In this document: positions 12,468 through 28,041 of the stretch, piece by piece
Layout: each line of letters starts with the position of its first letter
Numbering within the stretch: position 1 is the first letter of the stretch
Assembly: GCA_951406725.2 (NCBI GenBank)
Contig: OX597836.1
Coordinates: 25,296,001-25,360,000, forward strand
Length of the DNA: 64,000 bases
DNA from: Octopus vulgaris
Lineage: Eukaryota
Reading direction: 5' to 3'
Made by a program: the position numbers and the translations under genes
The notes under the pieces: model-generated
The model's input: only the letters and a program-made list of their open reading frames with translations
Database searches by the model: none
Told to the model about the DNA's origin: nothing

Positions 12468-12521
<54 letters not shown>

Positions 12522-12934
12522 ACTATAATATCGGGCCGAACAATAGAAGAAATGCTGCAAGTTATTTCATGTCGACTATTTACTTAATCTATATTACTCT
12601 ACCACTGGTATGTGAGTACTCTGTTTTCCACCTTGTTTCACATTTATGTGTTTACCGATTATGTCGATTATATTTTACAGCAATACAACTTCCGAATTAG
12701 TAGTTTTTATCGGAAGTGGTGGTTATTCGGACTTTCTTTATCGTGGCGGCGCTTGTATTCTTTTTGTGCAAGGCTCTCACTTATACAATTTCGTGCCTAC
12801 AGACTGACTCAGTGAAAGCAATAACCCATAGGTCAACATAGAGATAAGGTCAACATTTTTTCTGTGAAAATATGATTGTCCATGGTCCGCGTCCTCTGCA
12901 TGGGCGTTGAAAGTCTACGTTGCTGTTGATATCT

Positions 12935-13455
12935 AAGGCGAGAGGAGCGGGTTGTGAGGAGCGTGGAATCTACATAGACACGAGTGAAGGTGGGAGGAGC
13001 GGGTTGTGAGGGGCGTGGAATTTACATGGGGCACGAGTGAAGGCGAGAAGAGGGAGCTGTGAGGAGCGTGGAATCTACATAGACACGAGTGAAGGCGAGG
13101 AGAGCGGGCTGTGAGGAGCGTGGAATCTACGTAGATACGAGTGAAGGCGAGAGGAGCGGGCTGTGAGGAGCGTGGTATCTACATGGGGCACGAGTGAAGG
13201 CGAGAAGAGGGAGCTGTGAGGAGCGTGGAATCTACATAGACACGAGTGAAGGCGAGGAGAGCGGGCTGTGAGGAGCGTGGAATCTACGTAGATATGAGTG
13301 AAGGCGAGAGGAGCGGGCTGTGAGGAGCGTGGTATCTACATGGGGCACGAGTGAAGGCGAGAAGAGGGAGCTGTGAGGAGCGTGGAATCTACATAGACAC
13401 GAGTGAAGGCGAGGAGAGCGGGCTGTGAGGAGCGTGGAATTTTCGTGGACACAAG
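12935..13455. repeat. G-rich minisatellite, 52-53 bp unit, about 10 copies, 157-bp trimeric higher-order structure
   Basis: gagtgaagg at 12982, 13035, 13087, 13139, 13192, 13244, 13296, 13349 and 13401. Confidence 0.92.
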
Positions 13456-13551
13456 TACTATTGTTCAGAGTGAAGTCTGGGGAAAAAAAATACTTGCAAA
13501 ATCGATGTAAATCTTAACCACCCCTAGCAGAAGCATAATCCCTAGAAATAC

Positions 13552-13851
13552 TCTTTTACTCTTTACTCTTTTACTTGTTTCAGTCATTTGACTGCGGCCA
13601 TGCTGGAGCTCCGCCTTTAATCGAGCAACTCGACCCCGGGACTTCTTCTTTTGTAAGCCCAGTACTTATTCTATTGGTCTCTTTTGCAGAACCGCTAAGT
13701 GACGGGGACATAAACACACCAGCATCGGTTGTCAAGTAATGCTAGGGGGACAAACACAGACACACACACAAACACATATATATATACATATATACGACGT
13801 GCTTCTTTCAGTTTCCGTCTACCAAATCAACTCACAAGGCTTTGGTCGGCA
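13552..13851 (-). mobile_element. SINE family B (CORE-like, internal microsatellite, taaaagag tail), 5'-truncated
   Basis: Matches the full copies at 43143-43553 and 59739-60152. Confidence 0.85.
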
Positions 13852-14273
13852 TGGAATTTTCATGATGTAATTCCAGATCTCTTGTCTCAAGTGTGTCAAT
13901 ACCGGATCAAAATTAGGTTTAGATTAGTTATACTTAAGAGAGTATTGTACGTACATTGTAATTAAGTGTATATTGTTTACATGACATAGGGGGCCCTTGC
14001 TGTTTTGTAAAAAAAAAAAAAGCAAAGAAGAAAAAGGAAACTGAAATATTACGTATCTTTATATAATTAGGCTCTTAAGGCCACATTAGCTGTTTATGAG
14101 ATCTTTGTAAAATGTGGTTGTTGCTAGGGCTAAGCTAATTAGAATTATGTGTAACACAGGCTAGTATTTATATGATGTTGGTGCATAAGTATAAGTACTA
14201 GCATAGCAGCATTTTGTGCCGTCCTTATATTTTAATCAAAATCTATTGGACGGCTGGGTGTAGAGAGGGTGTG

Positions 14274-14595
<322 letters not shown>

Positions 14596-14873
14596 GTTGT
14601 TGTCTTTGCACGGCTCCTAACGCTGGAGATGTACTACGGTGTCAGCTGTTCACTACCAGTGAACTAAGGTAACACTCCTTATTTTTCGAGCACCTTCCGG
14701 AGTATCCAAGCGGTTCCAAACAGTGCTGTTTTCTGCAAGTGCTCCACCCTTATTGCAACCCCTATTTGTTCCATGTACTTCTCAAGATTTTTACTCACTG
14801 TTCCCAGGGCTCCGACAATTATTGTTACTACTACGACCTTTTTCAGCGACAACAACAACTACTACTACAACTG

Positions 14874-14940
<67 letters not shown>

Positions 14941-16870
14941 CACTACTACTACTATATTTCCTCTGTAACACAGTATGTAGGTAAAAATGCACCAGAATCT
15001 TTAGTCATCTGTCTAAAGGACCTCAGACCTCAGACAAGGACCTCAGACAGGACCTAAGACAGAAAATACTTTCCTTAAGATGTGCGCTGTGCCCAATAAG
15101 GCTGTTTTTTTTTTCAAAACATCTTGCATGAGATTTCCAGTTGCCTTAAGGAGTCTTGAAGTTTCAATGGAATTGAATCCAACGTTCCGATCACCAATGG
15201 TATCACTTTTACATTATCTTCTCGCATTCCATACAGTCTTGTCATTTCCACTTTCTATTCGGAGTACTTGTTCACTTTTCAACCTCTTAACGCACAACAT
15301 TCATGTCATTTGGTATGGCTATGTCAATGATCTGACGGTATTTGTCTCGCTTATTCAATATGACAATATCCGGCTCACAGTGTTCGGTTACACGATCCGT
15401 CTGAAAATCATAGTCCCAGCGTATCGTTACTTTTCTATTCTCCTGCATAACTTTACTTGGTACATGCTCATATCAGTTCTCTGTTACTTCATATTGGTAT
15501 TTACGGCATAAGAGCCAATGAAGATACACACTCTTTATCGTGGCAGCGCTTGTATTCTTTTTGTCACATTTTCCACACTCTTTTCACAGAGACTGCATTT
15601 CTGGGTGTCAGAAGTTTTATAGATGTTATACTTCACTGACTTGGTAGCGAGAGCCTGGTCTTGTGCAGCGATGCTCAGGCTTTCGGTGGTATGCTTCAAA
15701 TCACTTCGCTCAATCCATGCCCACGATGCTGTATTATCCTTAATGTCCTGTGTATTTCTTTCAAACTGTCCATGCATTCTCATTTCAAGAAGGTCTTTTC
15801 TGTTCTCCTCAGCTCTTTAGTTAAACTCTTCCTTGTCTATCATTTCATCTGTATTTACACCCACATTTTTCGCGGCATATTGCAGCAGGTCTTCATCACT
15901 ATTTATCAAATTCTCGTCAAGCGTTCTCCTTTCACTCCTTATGCAATGGTCTATACTAATTAGTCCTCTGCCATCATTCTTTCTTTTCGTATACAGTCTA
16001 TTTACGTTTGCTTTAGGGTGTAGCACCCTATGCAGCATCATTAACTTTCTCGTCCTTCTAGTGTTGATATTTCCTCCTTAGTCCATTTGAGGATGGACGC
16101 ACTATATCTGACCACCGCAACTGCCCAGATATTCATTGCAGCAATCACATTTTGGCATTCAGGTTGGATTTTAACACCATCTTCACCCTTTTTTGACTTT
16201 CATTTCTCTTTATAGAATGTCATCCAGCTCCAAAATCCCTAAATATCTATACATACCGTCGGGTCCACCCATGTTCTCTCCGCAATCCTCTGCTGGCTGC
16301 TTTCTTCCCTCTTTTCATATTAAGTACTGAGCATTTGGTAATCTCAAATTCCATACCGATGTCTCTACCACACCCCTGGACTGTTTTGGTTAAGGAATCT
16401 GTTTTTCAGATTTTCCAAACAATTTCAGGTCATTCATAAACAGAAGATGGTTCAATGATGGGCCTTTCTTCCCACATCGGTAATCCTAAGGGTCATTGTT
16501 ATTAGTATATGTGCAATTACAAACGAGTCACCTTGGAAGATTCCCCTTTAAATATTAACTTATCCAAGGGATACGTTACTTGAGTACAATTCGGTCTTCC
16601 ACTCTTTCATGCTATACATCAGAAAATTTGTGATATTGTGAGCAACACCAAACACCTGCAGGCATTCAACGACCCAAGAATGAGGCATCATATCATATGC
16701 CTTCTTAAAGTCAATCCAAGCCATAGACGTGTTTGTATGATGTTTTCTACAATGCCTCAAAGCTGTTTTATCGATGACCAGGCGATCCTTGGTACCCTGA
16801 GAACTCTCCCTTCATCCTTTTGCACATGTATCGAGGCCAAATTGCATTCTGATGTCATCACCGAATTGTT
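14596..16870 (-). mobile_element. Degenerate R4/Dong-like (RLE) non-LTR retrotransposon, with two 3' ends
   Basis: RT motif MAWIDFKKAYDMMPHSW, LHPKANVNRLY..GRGL, MHGQF...AAQDQALAT..CSLC zinc knuckle, and RLE C-termini IIVGALGTV...LQKTALFGTAWILRKVLEK* (14670-14825) and KTALLGTAHILRK (about 15070-15110). Frameshifted. Confidence 0.85.
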
Positions 16871-18993
16871 TAGCAATTGCTAGTAAGAGAGCTTTAAATC
16901 ATCCATGTAAAAGAGATGATTTGTATTTTTATTAAACATAGTAAATTGTCATATTGTACACCCTTGAAAAATTTCGAGAGAGGTATTTAGGCTAGACAAA
17001 AGAGGAGTGGTGATAGAGAGTCACCCTGGAAAATATTATGAAATTCTTACATGCTATGAAATTCCAGCATTGCGAGATTCATTGTCATTGTTCAAAGTCA
17101 GTGTGGTTCTCCATGAGCTCATACTTATAGACACAAAGTTTCGCAGTGTTCTTCTTCTTCTTCTTCTTCTTCTTCTTCTTCTTCTTCTTCTTCTTCTTCT
17201 TCTTCTTCTTCTTCTTCTTCTTCTTCTTCTTCTTCTTCTTCTTCTTCTTCTTCTTCTTCTTCTTCTTCTTCTTCTTCTTCTCCTTCTTCTGTAGCGCGCC
17301 GAATGAAATGCTTAGCGGTATTTCGCTCGTCGCTTCGTTCTGAGTTCAAATTCTGCCGAGGTCGACTTTTTTTCTTTCATCCATTCGTGGCCGATTATAT
17401 AAATACCAGTTACGCACTGGGGTCAATATCATCGACTTCCTCCTCTCCTCCAAGCTGTCCTTGTGGCAAAAATTTGAAATTATTATCATTATTACTAGGG
17501 CGGCGAGCTGGCGGAAATCATGCCGGACAAAATGCTTGGCGGCATTTCGTTCGTCTTTACGTTCTGAGTTCAAATTCCGCTGAAGTCGACATTCCCTTTT
17601 ATCCTTTCGGGATCGATAAGATAAGTACCAGTTGAACACTTGGATCGATGTAATCGACTTACTCACTCCCCCTAAATTGCTGACCTTGTACCAAAATTGG
17701 AAGCTATTGTTATTAAGGCGGTGAGCTGGCAGAGTCGTTAGCACGCCGGGCATAATGCCTAGCACTATTTCGTCCCTCTTTACGTTCTGAGTTCAAATTT
17801 CACCAAGGTTGACTTTGCTCTTCATCCTTTCAGCGGTCGATAACCAGTTGATCTAACAAGCGGGGCCTCATGTCAGTGAGTGGGGCCTGTGCGCATTGAT
17901 GCCGTCGAGAAGTAGGCGCCGAGACGGCGCACATTCTCTCCTGATGACCCCATACATTTGCTGGTTTCCGGTGTGCGGAGTTCTCGACTGGTAACACTTG
18001 CATGTGCAAGTTGTTTGCAAAAGATCTAAGTACCAGTTAAATATGATCGACACGCCTTTCCACCAAATTTGTTACCATTATTGTATAAGTGACGATATAT
18101 TACTTTTTAAATATATAATAACGAAATTGAGATTTAGCTAGGTTATCATTTTTTAAGTGGGTATAATTAAACGTGTTTCATTAAGGGCGCATATATTGTT
18201 TACGTGACACAGAGCGTTGTTATTGTTTTCTTTAAAAAGCGAGGAAACTATATCTGACGTAACAGAGTCTAAAGATCATATAACCGTGCATTAACGCTGA
18301 TAAGGGAATTGCATTGCTAAGAATTTTCTTTCCAAACCAATCGTGGTTTCATACCAATGTTGAAATGAAATGCTAGTTTCTAATTTAAGCCCAAGTTTTG
18401 AAGAAAGGCGGTTAGCCGACACCACCAACACCGATACTTGACTTCTATTTTATTTCACCGGCCCTGAAAGGGTGACAGGCAAAGTTCGCATCTGAGCTGA
18501 AACCCTGCTTGATAAACCTTACTGGTCATCTTTTTGGTTGTGATAAAATGAAGTACCAGTAAAGTACTGGGGTCGATGTAATCGACTTAGTTTTCTGCCT
18601 CGAAATTACTGACCTTGTGAAAGGAAATTGAGAGTGGAGGGGGGGAAGTGGTGTCCTCGAGTGAGTTTATTGAAAGCTGGGTGAACGTTACGACAATGGC
18701 AAGTATGGATGGTACGTGTAAGTCGGAGAGAAGGAATGGGAGAGAGCACTTGCTCTTGGTGTTCAGGGAAATGTCGGACAGTGGGGTCCCTCTATTATCC
18801 CTAGAGGTCCTCCTGTATCAGGAGAGCTATATCTTTATCATCCTCCTCACTTTTTTATATACTATTTGTATACTATGTATATGGCCTTTTTTTGTATATT
18901 ATGTATATGGCTCTTTTCGTGCATACATACTTTTTTCTTCTTTCTTTATCATTTCAATATATGTAAACCCTAACACGTTATGTCTGTCCTTGT

Positions 18994-19369
18994 GTGGAGG
19001 CGCAATGGCCCAGTGGTTAGGGCAGCGGACTCGCGGTTTCGATTCCCAGACCGGGCGTTGTGAGTGTTTATTGAGCGAAAACACCTAAAAGCTCCACGTG
19101 GCTCCGGCAGGGGATGGTTGTGATCCCTGCTGTACTCTTTCACCACAACTTTCTCTCACTCTTACTTCCTGTTTCTGTTGTACCTGTATTTCAAGGGGCC
19201 GGCCTTGTCACTCTCTTTGTCACGCTGAATATCCCCGAGAACTACGTTAAGGGTGCACGTGTCTGTGGAGTGCTCAGCCACTTACACGTTAATTTCACGA
19301 GCAGGCTGTTCCGTTGATTCGGATCAACTGGAACCCTCATCGTCGTTACCGACGGAGTGCTTCCATCCG
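18994..19369 (+). mobile_element. SINE family A copy, 13-bp TSD
   Basis: TSD tgtctgtccttgt at 18981-18993 and 19370-19382. Confidence 0.9.
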
Positions 19370-19469
19370 TGTCTGTCCTTGTATTGTCCCCTTTATACTT
19401 CGCTCTTGCGGCAAATAAATGAAATTATCATCATCATCATCATCATCATCATCATTATTATTATTATTA

Positions 19470-19504
<35 letters not shown>

Positions 19505-19507
19505 GAT

Positions 19508-20770
<1,263 letters not shown>

Positions 20771-20779
20771 TTTATTTTA

Positions 20780-21507
20780 CTTTCAATCTGCATGTTTGTT
20801 ACAATCACTTGCCGAGACACTCCCAGCGTCCAAGGCTAGTGAAAGATAAGAGAAGTTACAGCATGACTGACAGTTTGGGTAGGGGCAGTAGCGAAATATT
20901 TTCATATAATACAACACATTTAGATGGATAGGATTTTTCTAAGTATTTGGGCAGTACTTGGATTCCTCTGAGACATGGTTCTCCTGAGGTCTTATCTAAG
21001 ATATTTCTGGCACCCCCACTTTTTTTTTTATCATTTTTAGGACACCTACAATAACAGGAACAGTTCTCGTTTGAAGAAAACTTCCAGGTCCTTATGTTGA
21101 CTTAATTTGTCAAATTATTTTACAGATAAACTTTTATCTTTGGGAACACTTACAACTATTAATCTACAAGTATTTTCTGCCCTGTCCTTAATGACTATGC
21201 CTGGTCGATTAGCTTGGATCGTTCTGTCGGTGTTGACTGGAAAATCCCAGAGGATAGTGACATTTTTACCTTCAACAGCCGGCTCAGTATGATGTTCATA
21301 CCAGTAAGCAGGAGAGCTTATTTTGTAGTGTTTACATATTTTCTAATGTAAATACTGTCCTACTCTGTCGTGGTGATTTTTGTATTCGTTTGGTGTCAGC
21401 ACAGGATGCTTCCAGTGCTCGTACAACCACTGGTATTGTAGCCGTCTATTCTTCTTCTTCTTCTTCTTCTTCTTCTTCTTCTTCTTCTTCTTCTTCTTCT
21501 TCTTCTT

Positions 21508-21540
<33 letters not shown>

Positions 21541-21960
21541 ATATGTTTGATTTTTGCTTTGTATTTGTACAAGTTGACTCCAAGTCTCACCCAGGAACCT
21601 CAAGAGACAACAAGTTAGAAGTTCAAGCTGGTATTATGCCTAGGGTGTCGGTTTTGCACAAAGTATTGTTCTAGAGAATGTTTAAGAAACCATAAGAAAA
21701 TTATAAGTTTCTTTTAAAATTTGAGATTACATAGACAGTATTTTACGTAGGATATGGCAGTTCCCATGAGCACTATCTTTTGAATTTCTGCCATCTTGGG
21801 GGTTTCCTGGTGTTTGAGCTATGTAGGAATCAGTCCATTTTGCAATCATTCGTAGGGCACCTATGACAATAGGTATTGTTTTAGTCTTGAGGTTCCACAT
21901 TTTACCAATTTCTCTTTCAAGATCTTTGTATTTGCTCAGTTTTTGGTAGGTCTTGACAGA
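20780..21960 (-). mobile_element. Two R4/Dong-like RLE 3' fragments separated by (GAA)n
   Basis: YKNHHDRVGQYLH..ILWDFPVNTDRTIQANRPGIVI and KYKDLEREIGKMWNLKTKTIPIVIGALRMI. The block is bounded by (ATT)n tracts. Confidence 0.8.
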
Positions 21961-21980
21961 TCATTTATGGATATATTTAC

Positions 21981-22055
<75 letters not shown>

Positions 22056-22173
22056 CATCAATAATATTAATATACTACCTTTTTGTTTTTGTACGTACCT
22101 GTTGTTTTCGTCACACTTCAAAGAAGTGGCAAAGTGAGAGAAAGAGACAGAGAAGAAGTAAGAGAGAGAGAGA

Positions 22174-22205
<32 letters not shown>

Positions 22206-22354
22206 AAAAGAGAGAGTGGGAGAGAAAGTGAGAAAGTGATAGAGAAAGAGAGAGTGAAAGAGACAGTGAGTGATGACGGCGTACGTTTTGTGTTTTTAAA
22301 TGTTTCAGAGAGGAAGAAAGAAAGAAAGAGAGAGAGAGAAACATAGAAAGAGAA

Positions 22355-22407
<53 letters not shown>

Positions 22408-23322
22408 AAAAGAAAGAGAGAGAGTGAAAGAGACCTGAACGGTGATGGCGTTCATCGCAAGAAAGTAGATACATAGACACATATGTACATTGGAAAATCA
22501 AAAGCGGGAGAGAAAAAGGACACAAAGGAAGTGAAAGAGAAAGAAAGAAACGAGAGAGACAGCAGATACATGAATCCAAAGAAAAGTTCATACAGAGATA
22601 CATACACAGAACAAATATTGGATGTCAATTTCACTTTTCATTACCACACGAGGCTAAAATTAACTCACAAATGGCTGAGTGCTCCACGGACATGCATAAC
22701 ATTAACGTGATTCTCAAGGAAATTCAACCTCACACAGAATATGACAAGGCTAGCCCCTTTGAATTACAGCTACAACTCGAGACATATATATATATGAATG
22801 TATTTGTGCGTGTGTGTATACTTTAGGTTAGTTAAAACATGTTTGCCATAATAAGTGTCGCGTGGTGGAAATAAACGCAATTACCAAACTTTCATTCATA
22901 AATCCATTTATTTCGTTCTTTTGAATTTCAATTTGTACATTAAGGTTCTTTGAATATGTTCGATGTATTTTAAGGTTAAATAGTAATTCCGTTTACGTTT
23001 GTGTAACTGAGATATTTTGGTTGGATTATATAGTCATTGGTGTTACATTACTTTCTGTATTCTTTAACTGTCCCAATATACTTTTCTAGGCCTGAATTTT
23101 TTGTGGGGAGGGAGTCAGTTGATTAGATCGACCCCAGTACACAACTGATACTTAATTTATCGACCCCGAGAGGACGAAAGGCAAAGTCGATTTCGGCAGA
23201 ATTGGAACTCAGAACGTAAAAACAGACGGTCATAATATACAAACATATCTCATGGCACCAGTACACTGTTTAGAGATGCTAATATTTTTATGTTTTCCGT
23301 GAATTTTTCACGGGTTCAGCTA

Positions 23323-23385
<63 letters not shown>

Positions 23386-23466
23386 GAAAGTGCAATACAT
23401 GCCATCAAAGTGTCATTGGGGTATAATATACGAAGCCCAGCATGATAAAAATTAAAAATTTACAAA

Positions 23467-24655
23467 GGCGCAGGAGTGGCTGTGTGGTAAGTAGCTTGCT
23501 AACCAACCACATGGTTCCGGGTTCAGTCCCACCGCGTGGCATCTTGGGCAAGTGTCTTCTGCTATAGCCCCGAGCCGACCAATGCCTTGTGAGTGGGATT
23601 TGGTAGACGGAAACTGAAAGAAGCCCGTCGTATATATGTATATATATATGCGTGTGTGTGTTTGTGTGTCTGTGTTTGTCTCCCTAGCATTAGTTAGTTA
23701 GTTAGTTAGTTAATTTGGCTCAAAAGCAAATAGCAAGGCCATGTAGGGGAACATGGAGTTAAGTACAGGGTGGTGTTCATGTAAAGAGTTCAGGCCACTT
23801 GAGGTCCAGGGAGGCTTTGAACAAAGCGGTCGTCGGCATCTTCACCGTCTCGTCTGGCACCGTCTCCTCTCCTTCGATTAAGATGAAATCGTCGCAGGTA
23901 GAGCTTTTCGGAATGACACCGCAGCCGACGCTCTGGAGCAGGAGTGAAGAACAGCTCTTTCGAGAGGTTACACTTTCCGCTTATGATGTTGTGGGCGAGA
24001 ATGAGATCACCACGGCGGCGGCGTTTTTCAAGAGAATAAAGGTCGAGCGTCCTCAGCCTTTCTTCGTAGGACAAATTTTTGAGACCATGAACCATGCGGG
24101 TAGCCAGCTTCTGGACTCTTTCGAGATGCTGTATGTCTTTGAGGAGATAAGGAGAAGAGGCTTGAATCCCATACTCCAATATGGGTCTCACCAGCGTGAC
24201 ATAGAGTGGTAGGAATATGGCTGCCGTGAGCATTCCGAATGACCGTCGAATCAAGAACAGAATTCCGCGTGCTTTGTTGGCAGCATGGACGCACTGGGCC
24301 GAAGGCGAAAAGGAGGAATCCACCAAGATACCCAGGTCCTTTACCTGATCGGTCCTCTCCAGCAGCAGACGACCCGGCTCGAAATCAAGTTGAGTTGCGG
24401 GAGTAGAGCCGACAGGCAGATGACAGCACTTTGACACGTTCAGACACAGGTCCCAATCGTTAGACCACTTCCAAATTTGGTTGATGCTGGTGTGTTTACG
24501 TCCCCGTCACTTAGCGGTTCGGCAAAAGAGACCGATAGAATAAGTACTGGGCTTACAAAAGAATAAGTCCCGGGGTCGATTTGCTCGACTAAAGGCGGTG
24601 CTCCAGCATGGCCGCAGTCAAATGACTGAAACAAGTAAAAGAGCAAAAGAGTAAA
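23467..24655 (+). mobile_element. SINE family B copy interrupted by a CR1 fragment
   Basis: The head ggcgcaggagtggctgtgtgg runs to ccctagcat (23689) and resumes at gatgctggtgtg (24483). Confidence 0.85.
23690..24482 (-). mobile_element. 5'-truncated CR1-clade LINE (RT C-terminus) with a (TAAC)n tail
   Basis: QIWKWSNDWDLCLNVSKC...VKDLGILVD...VRPILEYG...LERVQKLATRMV..LSYEERL..LDLYSLEKRRRRGDLI. The tail reads (GTTA)n on + at 23690-23712. Confidence 0.88.
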
Positions 24656-25146
24656 GTAAAAATTGTACATATTTTTTTACGACATTTCTTTTACGTAATC
24701 CTTAAGTTATTAAGCTCTAATTCTTACTTTGTAAATTTTTAATTTTTATCATTCTCATCATTTGTAAATTTTCTTGTTTGTCATTTTGTCATTCGTACTT
24801 GTGTATGTCCACTTTTAACTATAGTTTTTATTCGAATATATTCATTTGTCATTGCTTTCATTATTATATCATCACAAGTATATATTTTATTTTTATCCCT
24901 ACATATTATTAATTTTATATGAATGTTTACAGACATAAGTTACGTGAGAATTTAGTTTTTGTAAATTTTAATTTTTTAAATTTTTTATTATTTATTATTT
25001 ATTATTTTTAAAATTTTTATTAATTTTATTTGAATTAAATTATGGCTTGCACAGTAAGGTTCGGCGAATCTATTTACACATACATACACTTATTTGTTAA
25101 AATTAAAATATAGTATTTGGTAGCGAACTATGATAAAGTTATTTAG

Positions 25147-25227
25147 AGGCCTGATGATTGGGGTTACATTTTAAGAAAAGTCCCTGTAAACCACTGCGTA
25201 AAAGAACCTCAAGAAACACGTGTACCT
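25147..25227 (+). ncRNA. Hammerhead motif with a long stem II loop
   Basis: CUGAUGA, stem II UUGGGGUU/AACCUCAA, GAAA, palindromic C-ACGU-G, GUA. Stem I is weak (AGG/CCU with a 1-nt offset). Confidence 0.6.
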
Positions 25228-25363
25228 GAGAAATGAGTAGTAAGTATTAAATTAAAATTATTTTATATGGTGTGATGAAGGAGACTATTATATCTAAATA
25301 ACATATATAATTCCTCATTGAGAATAATTTGAACCCCTGTGATGCCGGAATATTTATTCCCTA

Positions 25364-25445
<82 letters not shown>

Positions 25446-25820
25446 TAGGGAATAAATCCAAACTTACAGGGAAAAATCAGATTTAGGATTGAATCCAATT
25501 TTATAGTAAAATATTATATTATATTAAATTTCATACAGCTGGAGGCTCCAATCGAAGCAGGGGACACGAAAGGATGAGGATGAGAAACGCAGTTATAGAT
25601 TATGCCTAACCGAAAACGATCACAGCCACATCATCCAAACAGACCGGGTGAAACTAATTATACTAATTATCTTTTTTTAATAATTTTGATATATATTTAA
25701 AATAATATAAATTAATTAATCTTATGTATTGGCTTAAGTTTTTCATTGTATGATTTGCCTAATAGTGGTTTTATCTCTAATTTAATATAATATATATATA
25801 TATATATATTTTATATATAT

Positions 25821-26230
25821 ATTAGCAGCTAAACTCGGTATCACCCGGTCTGTTTGGATGATGTGGCTGTGATCGTTTTCGGTTAGGCATAATCTATAAC
25901 TGCGTTTCTCATCCTCATCATTTCGTGTCCCCTGCTTCGATTGGAGCCTCCAGCTGTATGAAAATGTCCTGACCCCACCCCGTCAGAAAACAGTTTCTAA
26001 GCAACTGGTTGTTTTAATGGCAGAAGAAAGAGGGGAATTCCATTAGAAAAAGTTTAACCGATTTTCTCGGTAAGTATGAGTGCTAGAAAAAAAATACAAA
26101 CAGCATTCTAATGTATGTACAGGTCTCAACACGTGTGCCGCTTTTCACGTGAATCCACTCGGCCGTTTGGGTGTGAACCTCAAGACAAGAAAGAATAAAA
26201 CGATCGCCCATGTCCAATTTATATTATAGA
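25821..26230 (-). mobile_element. Non-autonomous Helitron-like element
   Basis: The minus strand starts TCTATAAT and ends with an imperfect hairpin then gctgctaat (degenerate CTAG). Same layout as the 32.3 and 34.3 kb copies. Confidence 0.5.
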
Positions 26231-26440
26231 AAATATGTACATGTATACATATATGCACTCATAGATACATATCTATACACACAAACATACACACACACAC
26301 AGAGACATATATATATATATATGTGTGTGTGGGTGTATATACATATTCATACATACATCTTCAAATAAAGACAGTCATAAGTATACGCATACACACACGC
26401 TTAATCGTGCATATATATTATGGCAATCAATATAACCATA

Positions 26441-26575
<135 letters not shown>

Positions 26576-26902
26576 ATATATATATATGTACATACATATA
26601 TATATATATGTACATACATATATGTGTGTGTTTACATGTGCCCATACACGTGCACACGCACATGTGAATTTATATGCGAATACCGACAATCCATACGCAC
26701 ACAGTTACATATATATGCATATACACACATACATATATGCTAAAAAAAATAGCAAAAGTATAAAATATGTAGATATAAAGATCTGAGTACTTATCAGGCA
26801 TTTTTTTTATAGAAAAAGAAGTGTTTATATGCTTATTAATCATGTTTTTTTTCTGACTAATATTCAAATTGATGTATGTGTGTTACCAATTGTGTCTCTC
26901 TC

Positions 26903-27294
26903 TCTTTTACTTGTTTCAGTCATTTTGACTGCGGCCATGCTGGAGTACTGCCTTTAGTCGAGCAAATCGACCCCGGGACTTATTCTTTGTAAGCCCAGTA
27001 CTTATTCTATCGGTCTCTTTTGCCGAACCGCTAAGTGACGGGGACGTAAACACACCAGCATCGGTTGTCAAGTAATGCTAGGGGGACAAACACACACACA
27101 CAAATACATATATAAATATATACATATATACGACAGGCTTCTTTCAATTTCCGTCTACCAAATCCACTCACAAGGCTTTGGTCGGCCCGAGGCTATAGTA
27201 GAAGACACTTGCCCAAGGTGCCACGCAGTGGGACTGAACCCGGAACCATGTGGTTAGTTAGCAAGCTACTTACCACACAGCCACTCCTGCGCCT
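26903..27294 (-). mobile_element. SINE family B copy
   Basis: Full-length match. Further copies at 28655-29047(-), 45069-45478(+), 54118-54535(-) and 54635-55099(-), with 5' pieces at 8236, 11074, 11400 and 34113. Confidence 0.88.
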
Positions 27295-27650
27295 ATTCAA
27301 TAGTTAAAATAAAAATTAAATGGTTATAAAATTTAACAACTGTGTATGCTCAAATGCTGGTTTAGTGTTACACATGATGAGTAAAATAGGTTAGTTATAA
27401 TGGGCGATTGCTATAAAGATATACTAAATATAGATGTAATGGAGGTGTAATATAATTATGATAACATAAAAATGTAAATAATAATTAAATTAATTAATCA
27501 ACAGGAATATATTTATAAAAAGAATAAGAAATTATAAAGATATAAAATATATAGATATAAATATAAAACTATGTGTACATATCAGACCTTATATTATTGT
27601 TTGTATATGTGTTAATATGGTTATAAATGAATAGTAGTTATATTAATAAT

Positions 27651-28041
27651 GGATGGATGGAAGCACTCCGTCGGTTACGACGATGAGGGTTCCGGTTGAT
27701 CCGAATCAACGGAACAGCCTGCTCGTGAAATTAACGTGTAAGTGGCTGAGCACTCCACAGACACGTGCACCCTTAACGTAGTTCTCGGGGATATTCAGCG
27801 TGACACAGAGAGTGACAAGGCCGGCTCCTTGAAATACAGGTACAACAGAAACAGGCAGTAAGAGTGAGAGAAAGTTGTGGTGAAAGAGTACAGCAGAGAT
27901 CACCACCATCCCCTGCCGGAGCCTCGTGGAGCTTTTAGGTGTTTTCGCTCAATAAACACTCACAACGCCCGGTCTGGGAATCGAAACCGCGATCCTATGA
28001 CAGCGAGTCCGCTGCCCTAACCACTGGACCATTGCGCCTCC
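27651..28041 (-). mobile_element. SINE family A copy, (CCAT)n tail, 11-bp TSD
   Basis: TSD atattaataat at 27640-27650 and 28042-28052. Confidence 0.88.
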
